DNA from: Macrostomum hystrix
Taxonomy: Eukaryota > Animalia > Platyhelminthes
NCBI GenBank assembly: GCA_950097015.1
Contig: CATNEN010000010.1
Span: 1,674,001-1,738,000 of the forward strand
Length of the DNA: 64,000 nt
Direction: 5' to 3'
Positions 23,397 through 36,015 of the stretch are shown here, piece by piece. The notes beneath the pieces are model-generated. The model searched no databases, was not told the DNA's origin, and saw only the letters and a program-made list of their open reading frames with translations. How positions within the stretch are numbered: the first letter of the stretch is position 1; the number at the start of each line of letters is the position of its first letter. Made by a program: the position numbers and the translations under genes.

Positions 23397-24957
23397 AGGA
23401 CTAACTGACTAAGTAAGGTAGTTAGCTACTCTAGCTAGATTTCTAGGCCCTATAGCAATGGGTTACTTGCTTAATATGAGTAGAGTACATAAAAAGTTGC
23501 AAGCCAGCTAGTGCCTTACAGCCCTATATTTTCCAGATTCAAGAAATGAATACTAGGCCTACTAAGAATAAGACCCAAAAGCATTTTATATCCTTAGTCA
23601 TGGCCATGGACCATAAGCTGATAAGCATTTGCAAGTCATGGAGAAAGAAAAATAGGCACATTAAACATTTTAAACATAACTTCTTATTTGATCTTTTCAT
23701 TGCATAGAATTGACCTTAAGATTTAGGTTTTGCTTAGCTTTCAATTTAAGGAGAGCTATAACATAACATAATTAACATAATCGATTACCAATACTAACAT
23801 TGTAAAATCAAAGCTTACCACTGCTATAAAAAATGTACAATAATTGTTAAGTCTAGCTAGGAGCCGAAAGCATTTTAGCTAGCTAGCTATAGAGCTTACA
23901 TACTGATAGTGATATTGTAAGTAAGTAGCTAGCCTAAACAAAAAAGTTTTGCTAGGCCCCCAACCAAATAGGTCTAAAATATTTAAATAGCTTCTTGTGC
24001 GCGATAAAAAACAACCAACACAGTACAAGAAAAAATAAATAAACACATTTAAAGCCTATAACCATAAAGTTAAACGCAACAGTTTCTGATCCGATGTACA
24101 TATCCGATGTACAAGTCCGAAGTCATTAACAAATGGTCAAATGACGAAACCGGTGTATACTACACAGGTATTGAATAGACATACTTCTGTTAGATTATAA
24201 GATTGCACGGATTTAGACAAACGCAGGTTTATTATAACAACATATACTCGCAGAGTGTACTTAATAATTATACGATCGCAGTTGTCGAACAAAAAAGAGT
24301 ATTATTAGCAAGTATAGTACTAATTATATAATTCAGTTGCACGCATTTTTGCAACTAAAAAGAGTGGTATTTGTTTTTAACACTAACAAATCACCCTTTT
24401 TTTCTGAAATAACTTTCAGTCTGAAAGGCCTTCCCAATTAGTTTGTTGTCTTACTGGATTTTTTTTAAATGACGAACTTTGCTAACACTGAGAACTTAAA
24501 AATGTTTTTCAGTTATGAATTACGATTTTGGCACTTTTAGCAGCTTCTTTATCAGTTGCTTTGTTCTTTATTTAATGTATCACTTAATCATTAACAATAG
24601 TTCTGTTAATTTATTGTGAATGCTTTATTTATTTATGTTCATTTATGTGTTGTGCTAATACAAAGATATAAAATTCAAATAGATTAGACATATTTGCTTC
24701 TTATTTTTGTGATGAGACTACAACATAAAAATATATGTCCTAGTATTTTAAGTTGTCATTTTAGTTGCATCTTAGAAATAAAATCATAAGTATGCAACGA
24801 TTTGTCGTATATAAACGCGATTAAAAATAATTTCAATTTCAGTATTATCTGTGTTAAAACTATAATATAATTGTAGCTGATTTTATAATCAATCTTGCTT
24901 GTCTATGAAGTTTTATGATAAACTTTTGTCTGCGATTATTTTACAGGGCAGTCGGGC

Positions 24958-27900
24958 ATGACCTCGGAGGCCGTTAAAGTAATTGTGCGGTGCCGACCGC
25001 TCAATCAGCGTGAGAAGGATCTGAACTGTGAAACTGTGGTCAGCATGGAAAGTGCTCGGGGCCAGTGTGCTATCGTTAACCCGTCAGACAGTAAGGCGCC
25101 ACCGAAGGTGTTCTTTTTTGATGGCGCCTACTTCACAGACTCAACAACCGACAATATCTACGCAGACATAGCATACCCTCTGGTTGAGGGCGTCACCGAG
25201 GGCTACAATGGCACAATCTTTGCCTACGGCCAGACCGGCTGCGGCAAGTCCTTCTCAATGCAGGGCATCACAGATCCAGCCTCGCAGCGCGGCATTATTC
25301 CCAGGTTGGAAGCTCGTGAGACATTGTGGGGGCAGCAGCAGATCCCTGCTTTAAAAGCTATTTAAGCAACCTTGCTAGAGAGATGGGTCGTCCACCATAA
25401 GATGGGAAATTTAACGACACATCTAAACACCCACAAGTTACATGCTCGTAAATACGAGTTACCTACAGACATTAGGTAGCGTCATGGCTAACAAGCCTAG
25501 ACTTTTTAATTATCTGGCATAGCTAACACTCACTGTTATTCTACTCGTAGATTGTGGTTAAGTTCATAATACGCGTCGTGCCTGCAAATTCGTGTTCCGT
25601 TAATTTCCTCTTTGGTAAAACCAGGGCGTTCGATCACATCTTCGAGACCATCTCGGTGGCTCAGTCATCGAAGTTCCTTGTGCACGCCTCCTACCTGGAG
25701 ATCTACAATGAGGAGATTCGTGACCTGCTGGGCAAGGATGTTAAGGCCAAGATGGACTTGAAGGAACACCCGGAAAAGGGTGTCTATGTCTCTGGGCTCT
25801 CAATGCACAAGGTTAGTGAGGGTAATGGACTAGAAATATTGCTGAGTGAAATTTCTAGCTCTCAGTGAATCATGAGCGGCGAAATAAACTCAACCAGGTA
25901 ACGAACGTGCGCGAGTGCCAGGTGGTGATGGAACGCGGCTGGAAGAACCGCGCCACTGGAGCTACGCTGATGAACGCTGACAGCTCAAGGTCACACTCGA
26001 TATTCACCATCTACCTGGAGTGCGCCGAGTGGGATGATCAGGGCGAGGAGCACATCAGGGCCGGCAAGCTCAACCTAGTCGACCTGGCGGGCTCCGAGAG
26101 GCAGTCAAAGACTGGCGCCACAGGCGACCGACTGAAAGAGGCCACGAAGATCAACTTGTCGCTCAGTGCGCTGGGCAACGTCATCAGCGCCCTGGTTGAT
26201 GGCAAGAGCAAGCACATCCCCTATCGAGACAGCAAACTTACGAGGCTTCTGCAGGTACCTGCTGACTGCCTTGTTAAGCAGTGCCGTGCCCCAATGCCAC
26301 AGATTCCCTTAGATTCCCTACACTCTTCAAACCTCCATCCAAAACCAAGGACTCCCTGGGCGGCAACACCAAGACACTGATGGTGGCCTGTCTGAGCCCG
26401 GCGGACAACAACTACGACGAGACGCTGAGCACGCTACGCTACGCCAACCGTGCCAAGAACATCCAGAACAAGCCCAAGATCAACGAGGACCCGAAAGACG
26501 CTCTGCTTCGCCAGTACCAGGAGGAGATTGAGAAGCTAAAAGCCATCCTGGCCGGCCACCTGGGAGATCCCAGTCAGCTGGCCGCACTGCTGGGCGGAGC
26601 CACCGCCCTGGCCAGTCAGCAGAAGTCGCCGAAGCATCAACAGAGAGGCGGGGGCGACGATGCGGGGCATCGCGAGGCGCTTGAAGCAGAGAAGGAACAG
26701 CTGAGGCTGGTGAGTGCAGATAATAGAGGGGAGATATGAGAGAGATGAGAGAGGGAAAGAGGGGAGAGAGAGGAGAGAGGAGAGAGATGAGAGAGAGGAG
26801 AGATGAGAGTAGAGGGGAGAGATGAGAGACGAGAGATGAGAGAGGGGAGCTTTCATGCATCTGGCTGTAAGCCCAGTGTTTTCGGACCTTTGTTTCAGAG
26901 GCTTTTAAATGGTTACACATATTACGAGTAAGAAGGGTTCAGTTGTTGAATTTTTCGCAGAATTATTTCAACACAGACGGACATTTGTGACTCCACCCAA
27001 ACCGACTTTTACAAATGCGGAGCCGGCACTGTCATGCCCCAATCCCGAACCCGCAGGAATACGAAGAGAAGCTGAAGGCCAAGGAGGCGGCATTCGCTGT
27101 TGAAGCCGCGGACAGGGTGAAGCTGCAGGACGACATCAACAAGCTGAAGAGCTACTACGACTCAAAACTGGCCCAGCTTGAGGAGAGTGTCGCCTCTCCG
27201 GATGAGGGTGAGAGCGGCAGTACAGTATGTGCGAAGTTGCCATTATTCTCTATCAATGAGCCAAAATTCTGAACTAACCCTAAGTCTGGACATCCCAATG
27301 TACACCTGTTCCGTAACTCACGCTTCTCATTCCCATCGTGCCATCGCCAATCAGTGCTCGCCAGATCTGCCAGCGTGAACGCAGAGGTGGCAGCGGAGCT
27401 GCTGCGGCTGGAGTGTGAGTGACCGCTCAGGACAAAGTCTGAGAAACGAGATCGTGTCTCGGCTATTTCTCGTGTTTTATTATTTTTTTTTTGGAGAAAG
27501 TCGGATTTTTTGCTTCTATTATTTGCACACGGACGCGAGAGGCTTTGAGTTTTTGCGCTCTGTCTGCACTTTTTTGTGCTTCAATTCCTTAGCCATCATC
27601 CAATGGGTCTTTTGCAATTTAGTGCTTTACTAAATTCAATAGAGTAAATCATCAGTATAGGCTTGGAGTTTGGCTGGTAATTACAACGCAGCATCTCGCT
27701 TCTGTGTGTTTCACTTGTCAGCTTTTTTAATATTTGCACGCTTTTGCGCAGAGAAGATTAACTTTATTCAAGGTCGTGCAAAATCCCTTGCTATACATCA
27801 CATTTGCTCACGAGATTTTAGACTTATCGCTTGCCGATAGAAATTATTGAATTAATTTTGATTCATAGTGCAAAAAATGACACGCATCGAACCGAAATCT

Positions 27901-30900
27901 AATTCGAGAATTTTTCACTTTTTTCTCATAATGATAATGAAATTACGGCTACGAGTGATGTCACGATTTTTCTATCCCTTCCACCAATTAACACAAGCCT
28001 CAACGAGCCACCACCCCACTGGTTCTATTTTTAGCCGTGAACGATTTCAACGCAGGGAATTCCCCTGACGAGATGTACATTGGCGACAATGGCGCCCCCG
28101 TGCAGCAGGCGGTGCACTTGAAAAGTCGGCCAACTACTAGCGGCGTTGCCAAGCAACAGACAACAAATAGTCCGCAGCAAGGCCCCGATCTCAGGGACGA
28201 AGGCGCGGTGCAAGAGGAAGTGCTGAAGAGGTAAGGCAGGATAGTACTTTGTTCGCGCCAATGTTTCCATAAAAACTAGTTCGTATCAAATGAATTTTGC
28301 TAAGCAATACAACAAAGGTGATTTCCTTTTCAGGCTGGGCAGAAGGTAAGTTAAGCTGAGGCGAATGGCAAAATGAATGCAAATCAAGTCAGAATCCCAT
28401 TGTCTGTCTGTCCCTGTCTAATTATGTTCATTGATTGCCTGGCTTGGTGACGGAAGCCATTTCATACATTTATAAACGCTCCGATTCAGTAGATGTAGAA
28501 AACAACAATGGTACGGGCAAATGTACACTAGATCTGCCAGCAAGCAATGAACAGTATCGCCTTCTCACAGCCTTTTGGTGTACTTTAAGCAATGCTTTGC
28601 CGGGCAGATGCGTCAGCCTAGAAGATATCGACGCTAGGTCAATGCTTTTGCACTTTACCAGTTGTCAGACAGCAACTGTAGCTTGCTTTGATTAGAAATA
28701 GTCAAAAAAAATTATTATTACCATAAATACATGAATAAATATATATCAAATTTATTGTTCCATTCGAACTTCTTTGTAAACATTGACGTTAAATTACTTG
28801 GTAATAGTTTCAGCAATCATACACCTTGGATGCTACTAACACTGTAGGGAAAGTAGCATTCCGCGCGCATGTTCTGTTTAATTTTGTGCACGGCATCGCT
28901 AAAAATGGTCATAAACTGTTGAAACACCAGACTGCAGGCGCTGGAGTCGGGCATGGTGGGCGGCGAGTTGAAGAACGACGCAGAGGTGCGCGAGCGGCAC
29001 AAGAAGAAGAAGCGACACGCAGAGGAGAGAAAGCGGCGCCTGCTGGCGGCCAACTCGCAGATGGAGGACGGCGGCCTCATGGTTGGAATCTACGAGAGCA
29101 TGCAGGTGAGGCATGGGAAGCTGAAACTGCTAGCAACCACTGTTAGACAGGTACCTCACGTGTTAGACAGGTACCTAAAGCTGTTAGATAGTATCTCAAC
29201 TGTTAGACAGGTACCTCACCTGTTAGACAGGTTCCTCACCTGTTAGACAGGTTACCTCACCTGTTAGACAATGACCTCAACTGTTAGACAGGTACTTCAA
29301 GTGTAAAACAGGCGCCAAACTTGTAGGACAGGTACCTCAATGTGCTCAAAAAATTCAATGTGACAGGGAGACTTGAAGAGCAAGGAGAAGCAGCTCAGCA
29401 AGCAGCAGCAGCGAGCCGAGGCGCTGGAGCGAGAGATTCTCGATCTGCAGTCAGAGTTCGAATCGGATCGCATGGATTATCTGGACACGATTCGCAAGCA
29501 GGAGAGACAGCTGCTGCTCTACCAGGTGAAAAAAAATATTACGATTTCCTTGGATAATGCATTGCCCATTACCTATGTACTGGGTAGCACAATATTTCCC
29601 TTTCCTCAAAAATAGTTTGTTCACATTATTTTCCTTTCCAATAAGCTGGTTAGCACAGGATTCTCTTTTCCCGAAGACTGTTTGGCACAGGGTTCTCCTT
29701 TCCTAGAAGCCGGTTCGTACAGGATTCTCTTTTCCTAGAAACTGGTTCGTACAGGATTCTCCTTTCCTAGAAACTGGTTCGTACAGGATTCTCATTTCCT
29801 AGAAACTGGTTCGCACAGGATTCTCCTTTCCTAGAAACAGGTTCGTATAGGATTCACCTTTCCTAGAAACTGGTGCGTACAGGATTCACCTTTCCTAGAA
29901 AGGTTCGTGCAGGATTCTCCTTGTCCGAAAGATTGTTGGCATAGGTAGCTGCAGCTCCTGCAATCACATTGTTGATGATGCGCTAACATCAGCTCCCTGA
30001 TACTCCGCGTTGTCCTCCCAGACCATCCTGGACCGAATCCAGCCATGCATTCGCCGGGACTCCAACTACTATTACCTGGACCGGATTCGGCGCGACGCTC
30101 GATGGGACGACGAGAAAGGCGTCTGGCTGCTGCCGCCCGTGCAGATTGAGAAGACCTCCCTGCCATCGGCTGTTGGCAACGGCGGCGGCGGCGCACCAAG
30201 GGGAGGCGGCAGCGGCGGCGGAGCGGGCAGCTACCTGGACGAAGACGACCACTACGAGGACGACAAGCTTTACCAGAAGATGCACGCCAGACAGAACGAG
30301 GCCAAGTACTTTCAGAGCGGTCGGGCTGATCGGATCATAGCCGAGACCAGAGCGGCTGGTAAGCACCTCCTCAATGTAACTCAACTGCATGCACTTTTAG
30401 TCTTTGTACCGCTTAGGGAGATAAAACAAAGCCTGTGTTTTGAGGCTATCACTATTGTGCCATCACAAATGTTTCAAAAAGCATGCAAAAAAGGTCCATG
30501 TTAGATAGGCGGACATTTTAGTCAAGTGGACATGTTAGACAGGCGGACATGTTAGACAGGCGGACATGTTAGACAGGCGGACATGTTAGATAGGCGGACA
30601 TGTTAGACAGGCGGACATGTTAGACAGGCGGACATGTTAGACAGGCGGACATGTTAGACAGGCGGACATGTTAGACAGGCGGACATGTTAGACAGGCGGA
30701 CATGTTAGACAGGCGGACATGTTAGACAGGCGGACATGTTAGATAGGCGGACATGTTAGATAGGCGGACATGTTAGACAGGCGGACATGTTAGACAGGCG
30801 GACATGTTAGACATGGAAAATCATGTTACCTGTGCCTTTTCTGAATACCAATCGAATCTTGAAATCGCCAACGCGCCCAGAAGCCACGCCGAAGCTTCTG

Positions 30901-32348
30901 AACCGGCGAGACAGAAACTCTTTTTCTGGCTACGGCTCACTGCCAATGACCTTCTCGGATACGTCAGGTAGCGAACGGAGTGACAGACGACTCGAAATTG
31001 AGCAGCTTTATGCTCGGCTAAGCTCTCAACAGTACAATGAGTAACTTAGCAACAGATTAAGACAAATCTAACACTTGCTAACCAAGATTGAATTTATTTT
31101 GTAACTTAATATAGTTGTAGTTGTAACCGCTTTTTTTCTAGCCAAATAAGAGTTCATATTTAGCTCGTCGATTTTTAAATATAATACTAGCATAATAATA
31201 AACGAAATGCGAGCCTCGCGCCCTAACGTAAAACTCAATGATCCAAATTTCCGACAAATCCTAAGTTCACTTTCGGATCTCAGATCCTGATCCTCACTAT
31301 ACCATATCCTAACCCTCAGTATACCATATCCTGACCCTCAGTATACCATATCCTGACCCTCAGTATACCATATACTGACCCTCAGTATACCATATCCTGA
31401 CCCTCAGTATACCATATCCTGACCCTCAGTATACCATATCCTGACCCTCAGTATACCATATCCTGACCCTCAGTATACCATATCCTGACCCTCAGTATAC
31501 CATATCCTGATCCTCAGTATACCATATCCTGATCCTCAGTATACCATATCCTGACCCTCAGTATACCATATCCTGACCCTCAGTATACCATATCCTGACC
31601 CTCAGTACCAGATCCTGACCCTCAGTACCAGATCCTGACCCTCAGTATACCATATCCTGACCCTCAGTATACCATATCCTGACCCTCAGTATACCAGTAT
31701 ACCATATCCTGACCCTCAGTATACCATATCCTGACCCTCAGTATACCATATCCTGACCCTCAGAACCAGATCCTGACCCTCAGTACCATATCCTGACCCT
31801 CAGTACCAGATCCTGACCCTCAGTACCAGATCCTGACCCTCAGTATACCATATCCTGACCCTCAGTACCATATCCTGACCCTCAGTATACCATATCCTGA
31901 CCCTCAGTATACCAGTATACCATATCCTGACCCTCAGTATACCATATCCTGACCCTCAGTATACCATATCCTGACCCTCAGTATACCATATCCTGACCCT
32001 CAGAACCAGATCCTGACCCTCAGTACCAGATCCTGACCCTCATTACCATATCCTGACCCTCTATTTCTTAGAGGCCAGAATGCTGGAAACACTCCCGTTA
32101 AACTTCGAATCCCAGTCCCTGATACAATGGTGCAACTCACTCCGCTCCCCGCAGTCGTGTCCCTGCCCGGGCAGCAGCAGCCGCCGGTGGCCTCGCCGGA
32201 GGCCCGCGCCGCCCTCGTCCACGGCGGCGGCGGCCTCAGCGGCTTCGACGATGGCGGCCTGCGCCGACCCACGCGGCTGGAGTCGCTGCCGCCGGCGCCT
32301 CGAACGGCGGGCAAGTCGCGACGAAAGCAGCGAGACGGATTCTACTGA
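24958..32348 (+). CDS. KIF17: Homodimeric kinesin-2 (KIF17/OSM-3), 12 exons, about 869 aa, plus a candidate 12-nt microexon
   Basis: [57 protein letters not shown], and tail motifs [18 protein letters not shown] and RRPTRLESL match KIF17. Exons 24958-25304, 25625-25811, 25898-26254, 26350-26709, 27057-27207, 27355-27414, 28035-28230, 28931-29105, 29367-29525, 30022-30358, 30881-30967, 32155-32348 sum to 2610 nt. Stalk and tail exons are less certain than the motor exons. Confidence 0.9.
26730..26850. repeat. Purine-rich (GA/GAT) low-complexity tract, KIF17 intron 4
   Basis: GAGATGAGAGAG-type run, almost entirely A/G. Confidence 0.8.
29140..29340. repeat. ~19-21-bp degenerate minisatellite (CTGTTAGACAGGTACCTCA), KIF17 intron
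   Basis: Repeated TGTTAGACAGGT(A/T)CCTCA units. Confidence 0.85.
29650..29930. repeat. 32-bp minisatellite (TTTCCTAGAAACTGGTTCGTACAGGATTCTCC)n, KIF17 intron
   Basis: Tandem copies with degenerate edges. Confidence 0.88.
30500..30815. repeat. 17-bp minisatellite (AGGCGGACATGTTAGAC)n, KIF17 intron
   Basis: Near-perfect tandem copies. Confidence 0.94.
31275..32060. repeat. 22/20-bp minisatellite (CCTCAGTATACCATATCCTGAC)n, last KIF17 intron
   Basis: Tandem copies with 20-bp deletion variants. Confidence 0.94.
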
Positions 32349-33049
32349 GGGCTGAGGCCAAATGGATGTTTTTATAGAGAAGTCACTTGACTTCTGCAAT
32401 GACTCTTCTAATGAAAGCAAATCGTCAGGTGGTTAAAAGCAACACACTTTAAAAAAACGCCTTTTTAATTTTCTCTTGACCGAGTCACATCATAAGACAA
32501 CATCTATTCTAAAGCAGATAAATTATTTTCTGATTTTGGCTAAATATTCTTTCTTTGCATATTCAATAACTTTTGGCTTTCACTTTGTGTCTAGTTGCCT
32601 TGTTTTTCTTTGCGTTTGAGATGTTCCTCATTGCTTCTGTCGCAAATAGGTCGCTCATGGTTATTTTTAACAAAAATTTTTCTGGATCTCAAATAAATGT
32701 TATGCGTGATTTGCTGTACTTTTTTACTGCCCATTGCTGTCCGTTTTTTGTTTCTTCACTGCTTTATTTGTGATTGCGCACGCCTCATGTTTCTGATTGT
32801 TCTCGTCACTTTCGTCAATAAGTAGCAAGATTAGACCATTATTCACTATTTTAGGAGGAAAAGCTGCGAATTTCGGCCAATTTTGTGAGCTTTTTTATAT
32901 CTTTGCTCACGTTAAATTGCGTCAGGTTATTTGAACACAATGTCGGATTGCAAGAATCGCTGTTTATTGAATTTTCTTGTGATATTTGTGCTTGGGCCTA
33001 TTCTAACAGGTCTAGTGGGGTTAGCGGGGTTTCGGCAAGGATTGAGCGT

Positions 33050-33270
33050 ACATTGGGAGTGAGGTTGCGGGCATGATAGGGATGTGTGTACATTGGGTGT
33101 GAGGTTGCGGGCATGATAGGGACGTGTGTACATTGGGAGTGAGGTTGCGGGCATGATAGGGATGTGTGTACATTGGGTGTGAGGTTGCGGGCATGATAGG
33201 GACGTGTGTACATTGAGTGTGAGGTTGCGGGCATGAGAGGGATAGGGTGTAAATCGGGAGTGGGGTGGGG
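33050..33270 (+). repeat. 40-bp G-rich minisatellite (CATTGGGAGTGAGGTTGCGGGCATGATAGGGATGTGTGTA)n
   Basis: About 5 tandem copies. Confidence 0.9.
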
Positions 33271-34169
33271 TTTTCTATTTAATGTACGAGTACATTGACG
33301 TAATGTCGGATTTTCTGTTTAGCTGGGGTACATGCTAAATTTTCTACTTATGTGGAAAGGCACTTTTCTTTGTTTTTATATTGGCACACGAAATTTCTAT
33401 CACTGTTATTTTTTGTAATAAGAAGTGGTCACATTGACCGTGTCAAGTGCAAAGAATAGCTCGTATTTGAGAAAGCGAAGACGAGAATCGATGAATCTAT
33501 AAAAGCTTTGTACGTTGAACTTTTGCGGGTGAGACCTTTGCCAACAGGGCCTGGCCTGGTATAATTTTATTGGCGTGCCTTATAATTTGCCTTGAAGAAA
33601 CGAGATTTGTTGCTCGCGCCTTCTTTATACATAAAATACAATTTTCTTATTGCCAATCGGCACTTTCGCTCAATCGGAAAATATATTTTTCAATTGATCA
33701 AAACTGACTTCGCTTTCAAGACTTACAGCATCTAAAAAGCCATTCTGGGTTGAAAGCTAACATCATAGCTAACGCTCGAGCGATTCTAGCTTCAATCATT
33801 TTTAGATCTACGACTAGCAAGTTTTGCCCCCCTTCGGGGAGCTCTACTGTTCAGACAAAAAATCTTGTGTAATGCAGAAGGACAAAACACACCTGAAAGC
33901 AAACAAAAACGAAAACTTTTTTTCGTCAGTAATAATTTCCCTGATTGCGAATATACGTGATTGCGAGTCAATGAGAATTAGAATTCTCACTAAATACAAA
34001 AATAGTCAGTCTGAGTTTGAATACATTCTGAGACATCCGGTCTGTACAACAAGAGCCCCATTGGGGCAAAATTACACAAGTAGCTTACGTTTGATACAAC
34101 TCAGCTTAATGCTACTGAGGTACATGTGAATACCATCCCCTCATCAGTAAAAAAACCAATGTCCACCCG

Positions 34170-35010
34170 GCAGTAAATAACCAATGTCCCCCAAGCAGCA
34201 GAGAACTAATTCCCCCCTCAGCAGCAGAGAACTAATTCCCCCCTCAGCAGCAGAGAACTAATTCCCCCCTCAGCAGCAGAGAACTAATTCCCCCCTCAGC
34301 AGCAGAGAACTAATTCCCCCCTCAGCAGCAGAGAACTAATTCCCCCCTCAGCAGCAGAGAACTAATTCCCCCCTCAGCAGCAGAGAACTAATTCCCCCCT
34401 CAGCAGCAGAGAACTAATTCCCCCCTCAGCAGCAAAGAACTAATTCCCCCCAGCAGCAAAGAACTAATTCCCCCCAGCAGCAAAGAACTAATTCCCCCCA
34501 GCAGCAAAGAACTAATTCCCCCCAGCAGCAAAGAACTAATTCCCCCCAGCAGCAAAGAACTAATTCCCCCCAGCAGCAAAGAACTAATTCCCCCCCAGTA
34601 GCAGCGAACTAATTCCCCCCCCCCAGTAGCAGAGAACTTATTTCCCCCCCAGCAGCAGAGAACTAATTGCCCCCCAGCAGCAGAGAACTAATTTCCCCCC
34701 AGCAGCAGAGAACTAATTTCCCCCCAGCAGCAGAGACCTAATTCCCCCCCAGCAGCAGAGAACTAATTCCCCCCCAGCAGCAGAGAACTAATCCCCCCCA
34801 GCAGCAGAGAACTAATTCCCACCCCCAGTAGCAGAGAACTAATTCCCCCCCAGTAGCAGCGAACTAATTCCCCCCCAGTAGCAGAGAACCAATGTCCCCC
34901 CAGCAGCAGAGAACTAATTTCCCCCCAGCAGCAAAGAACCGATGTTCCGTCAGCAGCAAATAAACCAATGTCCCTCCAGAAGCAGAGAACCAATTTCCCC
35001 CAAACAGAAG
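34170..35010. repeat. 24-26-bp minisatellite (TCCCCCCTCAGCAGCAGAGAACTAAT)n
   Basis: Tandem copies with a variable C-run. Confidence 0.93.
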
Positions 35011-35179
35011 AGAACCTCCATAATACCAGAATGGAGGCTACTTGCAGGCATCCAAACCCCTAGCACAAAATATTTCCCCTCTTTCTTTTAAACAGGTTTA
35101 TAGCAGAGAAAGATTTCACTCAGCCCAGCAGGCAACAGATATTTCCTGTTACATCTCCTGTTACATGTGGCTCTGTAGA

Positions 35180-35770
35180 TACATTTAGAAAACTGTTTGA
35201 CTCCTTAGAAAGCTGTTAAACACATCTAGAAACCTGTTGGAAACATTTAGAAAACTATTAAAGACATTTAGAAACCTGTTAAACACATTTAGAAACCTTT
35301 AAAACACATTTAGAAACCTGGTAAACACATTTAGAAACCTGTTAAACACATTTAGAAACCTGTAAAACACATCTAGAAACACGTTAAACACATATAGAAA
35401 ACTGTTAAACACATTTAGAAGACTGTTAAACACATTTAGAAAACTGTGAAACAAATTTATAAAACTGTTAAACACATTTAGAAACCTGGTAAACACATCT
35501 AGAAACCTGTTAAACACATATAGAAAACTGTTAAACACATTTAGAAGACTGTTAAACACATTTAGAAAACTGTTAAACACATTTAGAAACCTGGTAAACA
35601 CATCTAAAAACCTGTTAAACACATATAGAAAACTGTTAAACACATTTAGAAAACTGTTAAACACATTTAGAAAACTGTTTAAACACATTTAGAAAACTGT
35701 TGAACACATTTAGAAAACTGTTGAACACATTTAGAAAACTGTTGAACACATAAAAAACTGTTGGACACTT
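35180..35770. repeat. 21-bp AT-rich minisatellite (AAACTGTTAAACACATTTAGA)n
   Basis: Tandem copies; explains the (FLNVFNS)n ORF. Confidence 0.92.
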
Positions 35771-35799
35771 TTCTCGATTGAAATAGAGATTTTCAAAGG

Positions 35800-36015
35800 A
35801 GGGTCATGCCCACAACCTCATTCCCGCACGCTGATTGGTCCATCCAGATTTCATCCCCACAACCTTACACCCCCACTCCGATCCGTCCCTCCCGCGGTTT
35901 CATACCAACAACCTTACTCCCTCAATCCGATCGGCCCCTCTGGATTTTATCCCCACAACCTCACTCCCCCACTTCGATTGGTCTCTTCCGATTTCACCCC
36001 CCACAATCCCACTCA
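35800..36015 (-). repeat. Degenerate ~47-bp repeat whose core is the reverse complement of the 33050 array core
   Basis: TCATGCCCACAACCTCATTCCC, TTCATCCCCACAACCTTACACCCC, TTTATCCCCACAACCTCACTCCCC and similar units. Confidence 0.6.

Noticed and set aside
30968-31044. KIF17 terminating at 31044 by reading through the exon 11 donor
   Set aside because: A better-conserved terminal exon exists at 32155-32348; read-through remains possible only as a minor isoform.
32072-32355. Alternative KIF17 last exon via the TTTCTTAG acceptor at 32071 (ORF 32080)
   Set aside because: That frame lacks the conserved RRPTRLESL tail motif; the acceptor at 32154 gives it in frame.
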